Shown: positions 9,117-16,862 of the stretch, piece after piece | Layout: each line of letters opens with the position of its first letter | Position numbering within the stretch: position 1 is the stretch's first letter | IMG/VR virus record: IMGVR_UViG_3300021185_003284 | Span: 1 to 64,000 of that record | Strand: one strand, 5' to 3' | DNA: 64,000 nt | Origin: a virus | The notes under the pieces: model-generated | Database searches by the model: none | What the model was told of the DNA's origin: nothing | What the model saw: the letters and a program-made list of their open reading frames with translations, nothing else | Program-made: the position numbers and the translations under genes

Positions 9117-9430
9117 TGAGTTATATAATTGGACATCCTTGCGTTAGTACCTGTGATACAGCTTGTGTAGCAGTTTGCCCAGTAGATTGTATACATGGTC
9201 CTATTAAAGTAGATGGAGCAGGAGCTGAAGTAGCAGATATGAGTAAAGAAGAGCTAGTTAATAAAATGCTCTATATTAATCCTGAAGAATGTATCGACTG
9301 TGGTGCTTGTCTTCCGGAATGTCCAGTAGATGCAATCTACGAAGATGAAGAAACAGCCATAGAAAAAGATGGCACAGATAAATATGTTAAATTAAATTAT
9401 GAATTTTTTGGAGAAAAGTGGAACGGATAA
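9116..9430 (+). CDS. 4Fe-4S dicluster ferredoxin
   Basis: CVAVCPVDCI and CIDCGACLPECPVDAI. Confidence 0.93.
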   Translation: MSYIIGHPCVSTCDTACVAVCPVDCIHGPIKVDGAGAEVADMSKEELVNKMLYINPEECIDCGACLPECPVDAIYEDEETAIEKDGTDKYVKLNYEFFGEKWNG

Positions 9431-9484
9431 CTCAGTTATCGCAACAATAGAATTACCAGATAATTACTGGACAACAAATCATAC

Positions 9485-9883
9485 ATGGGAGTAGAGAAAG
9501 TATATTTAACTTGGGACGATATAAATGTACTTTTAGATAAGTTACATGAACAAGTAGGAGGGAAAGCTAGATTAGTAACAGGTATTCCAAGAGGAGGAGC
9601 AATAATAGCTATCTTATATTCTCATAGATTTGGAGTTGAGTATTTTAACAACATTAGTAATCATTATCCTCACTTATTAGTTATTGATGATATAGCTGAC
9701 ACAGGAAAAACATTTAAAAAGTATTATGATGAATGTCCAAAACCTATGTATGCATCTCTACACTATAAAAAACAATCAGTATTTAAACCTAATTACTATG
9801 TTGAAGAAGTAGGACCTGAATGGATTGTATACCCATGGGAAAATGAAAACGCAAAATCCATCCAAGATTATTTGGATAATTAA
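9485..9883 (+). CDS. purine phosphoribosyltransferase (Gpt-like)
   Basis: GIPRGG, LVIDDIADTGKT PRPP loop, WIVYPWE. Confidence 0.88.
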   Translation: MGVEKVYLTWDDINVLLDKLHEQVGGKARLVTGIPRGGAIIAILYSHRFGVEYFNNISNHYPHLLVIDDIADTGKTFKKYYDECPKPMYASLHYKKQSVFKPNYYVEEVGPEWIVYPWENENAKSIQDYLDN

Positions 9884-9910
9884 AAATAAATTACTATATT
9901 GTATTAACAA

Positions 9911-9938
9911 TGAGTCGTAGAACCTCAATAAAAACAGA
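9911..9938 (+). promoter_or_regulatory. preQ1-I riboswitch-like aptamer upstream of folE
   Basis: TGAG-TCGTAGAAC-CTCA-ATAAAAA-CAGA between the 9872 promoter and the folE ATG. Confidence 0.75.
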
Positions 9939-9947
9939 AGTTATATT

Positions 9948-10661
9948 ATGCCTAAAAAGTTTATAGAAGGAACAGAATTAGTTCGAGCCGGTTTTGCTAA
10001 CGGAATATCAAGTCAATTAGCAAAGAAACAGGAGAAAGAAGGACCTGAAGCAAGGTTAAATGCTGAAGAGAAGCAAGTTATTATAGATAATGCAGCAAAA
10101 GCATATGCAGATTTTCTAACTGCCTTAGGATGTGATTATGCTGATGATCCTAACTCTTCAGATACTCCAATGAGAGTAGCAAAAGCATACGTTAACGATT
10201 TATGGGCTGGAAGATATGCTCCACTAGATCGTATTACAGCATTTCCATCTGACGGTTATGACGGTATTGTACAGGAAAGTAATATACCTGTAACGTCTAT
10301 GTGCTCTCATCACCATCAAGCTATTAGAGGTACAGTAAGTATTGCTTATATAGCATCAGAAGATGGTAAGGTAGTAGGACTATCTAAATTAAATAGAATA
10401 GTAGAGCAATTCGGCAGAAGAGGAGCTATTCAAGAACAGCTAACTGTAGCTATACATAATGCTGTAGATAAGATATGTGAAGGTAATTTAGGAGTAGCAG
10501 TTCAAGTAAATGCAACTCATGCATGTGTATCATGTAGAGGAGTTAAGCATGGAGGAGCTTCTATGCAAACAGCTAAATTAACTGGAGCATTTCTAAATGA
10601 AGACTCAGCTAAAGCAGAGTTTTATAAAAATATAGAATTAGCAAGTATATGCAAGCATTAG
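9948..10661 (+). CDS. folE: GTP cyclohydrolase I
   Basis: DTPMRVAK, SMCSHH, GLSKLNR, IQEQLT, HACVSCRG. Confidence 0.95.
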   Translation: MPKKFIEGTELVRAGFANGISSQLAKKQEKEGPEARLNAEEKQVIIDNAAKAYADFLTALGCDYADDPNSSDTPMRVAKAYVNDLWAGRYAPLDRITAFPSDGYDGIVQESNIPVTSMCSHHHQAIRGTVSIAYIASEDGKVVGLSKLNRIVEQFGRRGAIQEQLTVAIHNAVDKICEGNLGVAVQVNATHACVSCRGVKHGGASMQTAKLTGAFLNEDSAKAEFYKNIELASICKH

Positions 10662-10996
10662 AACACGATGAAAGACCTTGGGGTTGTTATGATGTATTAT
10701 TAGATACTGATACAACTAAGGTTAAAATTATAACTGTAAAACCAGGCGGTAGATTATCTTATCAATACCATCATAAAAGATCAGAAGTTTGGGCTTGTGT
10801 AAAAGGTAAATTATCAGTTATTTTAGATGATGTTTTACATGAGTTATATCCTGGGGATTCAATAGTTATTCCTCAAGGAGCTAAACACAGAGCATTTAAC
10901 GATACTATGGAAGTATCACAATTTATAGAAACACAAACAGGAAGCTATTTCGGAGAAGACGATATAGTAAGATTAGAAGACGATTATGAAAGATAA
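10649..10996 (+). CDS. mannose-6-phosphate isomerase type II C-terminal cupin
   Basis: RPWG, RLSYQYHHKRSEVW, ETQTGSYFGEDDIVR. Confidence 0.88.
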   Translation: MQALEHDERPWGCYDVLLDTDTTKVKIITVKPGGRLSYQYHHKRSEVWACVKGKLSVILDDVLHELYPGDSIVIPQGAKHRAFNDTMEVSQFIETQTGSYFGEDDIVRLEDDYER

Positions 10997-11531
10997 CCAA
11001 TTAACATTATTCTCAGATAATGAGATGAAAGACATGGAACCGCTACCAGTATGGACTAACGGAGTTCCTTTTGTAGATGAAGTAGAAACATTTAATAATA
11101 CATTCGGAAAAACTAATAACTATGAACCAGTCATCCCAGAATACAAAGAGTGGAAATTTGTCTATGATTTTATCCTCGAAGAACTCGAAGAATATAGAGA
11201 AGCTTGCGAAAGAGGGGACATTGTGGAAGTTTTGGACGCTTTGTGCGACATTACTTATGTTTCCCTTGGGAACGGTACTATGCTACATGGCCTTAAAGAT
11301 AAGATATGGCCAGCATATCAAGAAGTACAAGCTTCTAATATGTCAAAAGCTTGCAAAACTGAAGAAGAGGCCATACAGAGTGTCAGCCAAAGAGCTAAGG
11401 AGCAAGGTGAGGCCTGTCATTTTGAGAAGGTTGCGGAAGGACGGTACGTTGTCTACAGAACAAGAGATAGAAAAGTATTGAAAAGCCTTAGTTATTTTAG
11501 ACCCGACCTTAAACAATTTTTTAATGATTAA
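10986..11531 (+). CDS. MazG-like/PRA-PH nucleoside triphosphate pyrophosphohydrolase
   Basis: EELEEY...EVLDALCDITYV...EVQASNMSK...KVLKS. Confidence 0.85.
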   Translation: MKDNQLTLFSDNEMKDMEPLPVWTNGVPFVDEVETFNNTFGKTNNYEPVIPEYKEWKFVYDFILEELEEYREACERGDIVEVLDALCDITYVSLGNGTMLHGLKDKIWPAYQEVQASNMSKACKTEEEAIQSVSQRAKEQGEACHFEKVAEGRYVVYRTRDRKVLKSLSYFRPDLKQFFND

Positions 11532-11706
11532 CTTAGACGAACATAAAAAAGAAGTAGAAGGTACTTTATATGTACCTTACGATATAGCAGTGAAAGCTCT
11601 AGCAGAGGCTTATGCAAGTAATAAGTCACTTGAACAGGTAGTAGATACAATAAAAAAATCTACTATGGATTTAAATAACGCATTTAAAGATTTAGATATT
11701 GATTAA
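11524..11706 (+). CDS. hypothetical protein
   Basis: Overlap-coupled ORF within the operon. Confidence 0.6.
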   Translation: MINLDEHKKEVEGTLYVPYDIAVKALAEAYASNKSLEQVVDTIKKSTMDLNNAFKDLDID

Positions 11707-12526
11707 GATAGCACACGAATCACCAAAGAGTATTTTTAGTACTGTACAGAAATTTACAGACTACGATTATGCTTTAGTACATTTATTTGAAGAAGACGAA
11801 GAGTACCTTCAACACTTTAAAGATGCATTAGCAAACGGTAGAGAAGTAATTTTAGATAATTCTATATTTGAATTAGAAGAAGCATTCGATGCTGATAGAT
11901 TTGCATACTGGATAAAAGAACTAAAACCCACTTGGTATATAGTTCCAGATGCTTTAGAGCAATGTTTTAAGACTTGTGATCAAGCTCATAAGTTTTTTGA
12001 AAAGTATCCTAAAGATAGTCTACCGGGAAAAGCAATTGGAGTAGTACAAGGTAAAACATATGAATCAATAGCTAGCTGTTACGACTATATGGATAAAGTA
12101 GCTCCTGTAGATATGATTGCTATATCTTTTGATTATTCGTATTATGAAGAGGTTTGTCCGCATCCTAACAAGTACGTTAGTTGGATGCTAGGACGTGCAA
12201 AGCTACTTGGAGATTTAGTTAAAAACGATGTTATTAATAAAGATAAGCCTCATCATTTATTAGGATGTGGTTTACCTCAAGAGTTTATGTTATATAGAGA
12301 ATCTAACTATGATTGGATATACTCTTTAGATACATCTAATCCTGTAGTACATGGAATAAAAGAAATAATCTATAAAGATCAAGGACTATGGGATAAAGAA
12401 TCTCAGAAGTTATTTGAATTAATTAACTATGAAGTTAATGAAGATCAATTAACATATATTAAAAGTAATATTCAAAAATTTAGATGGTTTACAAATGGAC
12501 AGCAAAATGTGGATAACGTTCTTTAG
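11699..12526 (+). CDS. dpdA: TGT-fold 7-deazaguanine transglycosylase-like protein (DpdA family, probably DpdA3 type)
   Basis: ILDNS, VPD, VVQG, HHLLG, SLDTSNP resemble TGT motifs; lies in the que cluster. Confidence 0.7.
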   Translation: MIKIAHESPKSIFSTVQKFTDYDYALVHLFEEDEEYLQHFKDALANGREVILDNSIFELEEAFDADRFAYWIKELKPTWYIVPDALEQCFKTCDQAHKFFEKYPKDSLPGKAIGVVQGKTYESIASCYDYMDKVAPVDMIAISFDYSYYEEVCPHPNKYVSWMLGRAKLLGDLVKNDVINKDKPHHLLGCGLPQEFMLYRESNYDWIYSLDTSNPVVHGIKEIIYKDQGLWDKESQKLFELINYEVNEDQLTYIKSNIQKFRWFTNGQQNVDNVL

Positions 12527-13043
12527 CCAAACTGGTAAAGAAATAGCAGACATAGCGGAATCAATAGGTCGATGGCCTGATAGAATTTATACTAACGATA
12601 GACCGGAAGATCTTCGAACTGTAGATCCTAGAATTGTAGAAAAAGGATTCTATACATTACCTAATAAACCTACGTTAGAGGATTATGAAGAGTTTTTAGT
12701 TTATTTTCCGGAAGCTACAATAACATTACATGGTTGGTTAAGAATTATGCCTCCTGAAATTTGTGATAAGTTTAATATATACAATGGACATCCAGGTTTG
12801 ATTACTAGGTACCCTGAATTAAAAGGTAAAGATCCTCAACTTAAAGCATATCTAGCAAAACATGAAGTAATGGGAGCAGTAATACATAAAGTTACTGCAG
12901 GAGTAGATGAAGGAAGAGTCTTAAAGGAAATATTCTTTAACTCTTGGGGTATTACAGAAACGGAGATGTGGGAAACTATGAGGGATAGATCGTTATATTT
13001 GTGGTTAGAATTTTTAAAAGAATTATTAGGAAATACGAAGTAA
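12495..13043 (+). CDS. dpdN: PurN-like formyltransferase (DpdN-like preQ1 formyltransferase)
   Basis: GWLRIM, NGHPG...PELKG, GAVIHKVTAGVDEG; adjacent to the dpdA-like gene. Confidence 0.7.
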   Translation: MDSKMWITFFSQTGKEIADIAESIGRWPDRIYTNDRPEDLRTVDPRIVEKGFYTLPNKPTLEDYEEFLVYFPEATITLHGWLRIMPPEICDKFNIYNGHPGLITRYPELKGKDPQLKAYLAKHEVMGAVIHKVTAGVDEGRVLKEIFFNSWGITETEMWETMRDRSLYLWLEFLKELLGNTK

Positions 13044-13075
13044 ATTTCTTATCTTTATATAAATAAAAAGGTTTT

Positions 13076-13597
13076 ATGATTAAAAGAATAGCATTAGTAG
13101 GAGCTAGTAGTACAGGTAAGACTACTGTTTATGAACTACTTAAAAATAAATTACCTAAGTATGAATTCGTAAATGAGTCTACTAGAACTGTAAGTAGTTA
13201 CGAATTTCCTATTAATGAGAAAGGAACAGAAGCTACTCAGTTAGCTATTAGCTGTTTTCACTTAGAGGCTTTATTGCAACCTTATAATCAAGTTCTCGAT
13301 AGATGTTTTATGGATGTTGTAGTATATACAAGATTTATGGATAATGTTGGAGGAGGAACAATCAAGTATATTAATGATACTTGGAATAGAATAAAGCATG
13401 AATATACTCATTATATTTATTTTCCTATAGAATTTGATTCTGTAGATGATGGAGTTAGAAGTGTAAATGAAAAGTGGAGAACAGATATTGATGAAGAGTT
13501 TAAAGCAGTATTAGAAGGTGTACGTCAGCCTTACTTGACGATAACTGGTTCCCCTATGCAAAGGGTAGAACAAATATTAAAATTTATAAATGTTTAG
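13076..13597 (+). CDS. P-loop nucleotide kinase (NadR/AAA_28-like)
   Basis: GASSTGKTT, LDRCFMD, DDGVR. Confidence 0.8.
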   Translation: MIKRIALVGASSTGKTTVYELLKNKLPKYEFVNESTRTVSSYEFPINEKGTEATQLAISCFHLEALLQPYNQVLDRCFMDVVVYTRFMDNVGGGTIKYINDTWNRIKHEYTHYIYFPIEFDSVDDGVRSVNEKWRTDIDEEFKAVLEGVRQPYLTITGSPMQRVEQILKFINV

Positions 13598-13955
13598 ATA
13601 CGGAGCAAAATTACTAAGAGTAGTAGATGGTGACACAGCAGATGTTATGATCGATTTAGGATTTAGTACCTGGGTAAAAGCTAGGTTAAGATTTAAAGGT
13701 GTTGACACCTGGGAAAAGAGAACAAGAAACCTAGAGGAAAAAGCTAAAGGTTTACTTGCTTCGGAATTTACGAAAAAATACCTAGAGATGAATGATGGTA
13801 AGTTTGAAATACAATCTTACGGTAAAGGTAAGTACGGTAGAGTACTTGCAGAAATATTCATAGATGGAGAAGAAAAATCTCTTAATGATTTATTAATAGA
13901 AAACGGTCACGCTTATGTTTATGAGGGTGGTAAAAAACAATTATTTAAAGGTTAA
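13590..13955 (+). CDS. thermonuclease (SNase-like)
   Basis: RVVDGDT, RFKGVDTWE, GKYGRVLA. Confidence 0.9.
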   Translation: MFRYGAKLLRVVDGDTADVMIDLGFSTWVKARLRFKGVDTWEKRTRNLEEKAKGLLASEFTKKYLEMNDGKFEIQSYGKGKYGRVLAEIFIDGEEKSLNDLLIENGHAYVYEGGKKQLFKG

Positions 13956-13956
13956 T

Positions 13957-14865
13957 ATGGCAGAAGTTAAAAATTATCAAGAAGTTGTAGATATTGCATC
14001 TAAACATTTAGGAACTGTAGGAGGTGCTGGGTACAAAGATACCTATGCTCCTGAGCTACTAGTAAAAATACCAAGATACTTAAATAGAGAAGGTTACGGA
14101 TTAACATCTGATAGCTTTGTAGGAGTAGATACATGGAATTGTTACGAAGTATCAGCAATTACTACTAAAGGTCAACCAGTAGCAGGAATGCTAAAAATCG
14201 TTTGCCCTAGTAATAGTGAATTTCACGTAGAATCTAAGTCAATTAAATTATATTTGAATTCATTTAATATGACCAGAATAGGAGATAATGCAGCTGATTG
14301 TATTAGTGGTATTGAAGCAAGAGTTAAGAGAGATCTAGATGAATTATTAGAGACTACAACAACTGTTACTTTCTATGCTTCAGATCTAGAAACTGAACCT
14401 TTATCTTTTCAAGAGTATACAGATTTAGGAGAAATAGCTAACTTAGATGCTATAGACTTTACAGCTTTCCAATCAGATGAAAGTCAGCTTGATATTGAAG
14501 AGCATAGCGATACTACTACTGTTAGATTTAGTTCTAACTTATTAAGGTCTAATTGTAGAGTGACTAACCAACCAGATTGGGGTGATGTATTTATTAAGAT
14601 TATAGGTAAAAACGTACCAACAGCAGAATCAATAGCTAAATATATTGTTAGTCATAGAACAGTTAGTCATTTTCACGAGGAAATATGTGAAATGGTATTT
14701 AAGCATTTATCTGATGCTTGTAAACCAGAACAGTTAATGGTTGCTTGTTTATATACTCGTAGAGGAGGATTAGATATTAATCCTATTAGAGCTACTCATC
14801 AATCATTAATTCCAGAATTTTTTACTAACCCAGAATATACTATTAGGAAGACTTTAAGACAGTAA
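13957..14865 (+). CDS. queF: NADPH-dependent preQ0 reductase (bimodular QueF)
   Basis: VESKSIKLYLNSF, LRSNCRVTNQPDWG, FHEEICE, YTRRGGLDINP; start moved to ATG 13957. Confidence 0.95.
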   Translation: MAEVKNYQEVVDIASKHLGTVGGAGYKDTYAPELLVKIPRYLNREGYGLTSDSFVGVDTWNCYEVSAITTKGQPVAGMLKIVCPSNSEFHVESKSIKLYLNSFNMTRIGDNAADCISGIEARVKRDLDELLETTTTVTFYASDLETEPLSFQEYTDLGEIANLDAIDFTAFQSDESQLDIEEHSDTTTVRFSSNLLRSNCRVTNQPDWGDVFIKIIGKNVPTAESIAKYIVSHRTVSHFHEEICEMVFKHLSDACKPEQLMVACLYTRRGGLDINPIRATHQSLIPEFFTNPEYTIRKTLRQ

Positions 14866-15539
14866 TGGAAACTTGCATCATCAATGGACCACTGGGGTGT
14901 GATTTATCGCTCAGTCATGTAAATAAACATAATGGAGGAGGACCTTTCTTTATAGAAAAGTTTTTGAGTAAACCAGGTGTTCTCGATAAGTTTAATGCTA
15001 CTACATCCGTAATGGAAATGTGTAGCGGTCCAGGGTTTATGGGCTACTACCTAGCATATAAGTTAAACCTTAATAATGCTTACTTTTTAGATATTAATCC
15101 TGAAGTAGCAGATTCTTATAAGGAGAATAAAAAGAGAGTTAATTTTAAAGTTAGTCATAAAGTGTCTGATGGTTTTAAATCATATACAGGTCCAAAAGTT
15201 AATTTAATAGTTCTTAACCCTCCTCATTTAGTAGAAGAAAAACAATTTGATAATCTAGCTAAGACTGTCCCTGAATGGTTTCCTACAGAAACACCAGAAG
15301 AAGAGAGACAATCTAGATTAATTTTATTAGACGAAGATTTTAAATTTCATACTCATTTTTGTGAGGAAGTTTACGACAGGTTAACTAAAAATGGTCAAAT
15401 AGCTTTTTTAGAAAATGAAAAGTTTATACCTCATAAAAGACTAGAAGAACATTTAGGAGATAGATTTAGTTATGAGTTTATACAATTTCAAGATACACTC
15501 GATGAAGGATACTATTTATTAATAGCCACTAAAAAATAA
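14865..15539 (+). CDS. class I SAM-dependent amino-methyltransferase
   Basis: EMCSGPG motif I, LDIN, NPPH motif IV. Confidence 0.8.
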   Translation: METCIINGPLGCDLSLSHVNKHNGGGPFFIEKFLSKPGVLDKFNATTSVMEMCSGPGFMGYYLAYKLNLNNAYFLDINPEVADSYKENKKRVNFKVSHKVSDGFKSYTGPKVNLIVLNPPHLVEEKQFDNLAKTVPEWFPTETPEEERQSRLILLDEDFKFHTHFCEEVYDRLTKNGQIAFLENEKFIPHKRLEEHLGDRFSYEFIQFQDTLDEGYYLLIATKK

Positions 15540-15541
15540 TT

Positions 15542-15802
15542 ATGCCAGAAATACAAATTGAGGAAGAAAGAGTACTTATAGCGAATAGAATGCCTCCTGG
15601 AGATAACTGGGAATTAGTCATTGATCAGGGAACAACAATCGAGAGCCTTGTAATGGCTCTTACAATGTATATGCGTAAAACTAAATTTAAAGGATCTTAC
15701 CAACTAGATCCATTAGACGGTAAACTTTATGCTATTGAAAAACAAGAAGTAGAAGTTGTTGAACCAGAACCAATGAAATTCGATCTTTATGGAGAGTACT
15801 AA
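15542..15802 (+). CDS. hypothetical protein
   Basis: ORF in operon. Confidence 0.65.
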   Translation: MPEIQIEEERVLIANRMPPGDNWELVIDQGTTIESLVMALTMYMRKTKFKGSYQLDPLDGKLYAIEKQEVEVVEPEPMKFDLYGEY

Positions 15803-16368
15803 TGGACAAATCACTTGCCAAAATTTCACATAAGTATGAGTTCTTAAGATTAGAACTCGAAGAAAATCAAGAACAACTAGACGAGTATCTTGATAAGTGG
15901 AATAGCATTATCGGTAAGTACTTAATGGACAAACAAAAGGTTATGTGGGTTGATGAAGAAACTGGTGAGATTAGAGAGGAAAAACCTGATAAAGAATCTA
16001 AACCAGAAGCAGATCCAAGATTAAGAAAACTTTATAAAAGACTTAGTAAGCATGCTCACCCAGACAAAGGAGGAACTGTAGATGACTTTAATGAGTTAAA
16101 AAAAGCATACGAAGAAAGAGATGTAATAGAGCTTATTAAATTTGCTGTTAAGTATAACGTTAAAGTAAAATTGGTAGAGTCAGATTCTAAATTAATAGAA
16201 GCTAGGATAAACTCTTTATCTAATAAAATAAACACTATACATCAGAGCTTAGTATGGACTTATTTTAATGGCGACATACCTACAAAACAAGCAGTAATTA
16301 ATGAACTAGAAAAAGTTCATCAGATTAAATTATCAGAAAAAGATATAGGTACTTTCTTGGCATTCTGA
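15802..16368 (+). CDS. J-domain (DnaJ-like) protein
   Basis: LRKLYKRLSKHAHPDKGG...FNELKKAY. Confidence 0.8.
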   Translation: MDKSLAKISHKYEFLRLELEENQEQLDEYLDKWNSIIGKYLMDKQKVMWVDEETGEIREEKPDKESKPEADPRLRKLYKRLSKHAHPDKGGTVDDFNELKKAYEERDVIELIKFAVKYNVKVKLVESDSKLIEARINSLSNKINTIHQSLVWTYFNGDIPTKQAVINELEKVHQIKLSEKDIGTFLAF

Positions 16369-16403
16369 TATATTATTCGTATATTGTATATTATTAAACG
16401 GTT

Positions 16404-16862
16404 ATGGATTACTTAAATCAATTAGAGTGGGAAAAGATAATAGATATCACTAAAACTCCCTCTGGTCTATTTTGGCCTGAATGTCCTAGAGAATTTGCAA
16501 CGTTGTATAAACAAGGAGTTTATCGTATCTTAGTACAAGATAATGAAGGTGTAGTTAGAGTACGTAAAAATGGTATATACGGTGAAGGAAAAAAGAAAGG
16601 CGTAAACAATAGGATTAGTCAATATAGGAGTGCTAATAATAATCTACTTGAGTGGAGAAAAGGTAATAAAAAAGATAACGGTAGTTTTAAGACTTGTGAT
16701 ATATTAGATAAAAAGCTTAAAAATGGCCAAAAAGCAGTTATGATATCAGCTAAACTACCTGATAATTGGGTTAATGATACTGGATTTCCTTGCAAGATAG
16801 ACTTATACGAAATTGAATACGATCTTAAACAACAAACTTTAGAAGAAATATGGCTAACTTAG
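16404..16862 (+). CDS. hypothetical protein, possibly GIY-YIG-like nuclease
   Basis: GVYRI...KNG...RISQY pattern; weak similarity. Confidence 0.4.
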   Translation: MDYLNQLEWEKIIDITKTPSGLFWPECPREFATLYKQGVYRILVQDNEGVVRVRKNGIYGEGKKKGVNNRISQYRSANNNLLEWRKGNKKDNGSFKTCDILDKKLKNGQKAVMISAKLPDNWVNDTGFPCKIDLYEIEYDLKQQTLEEIWLT

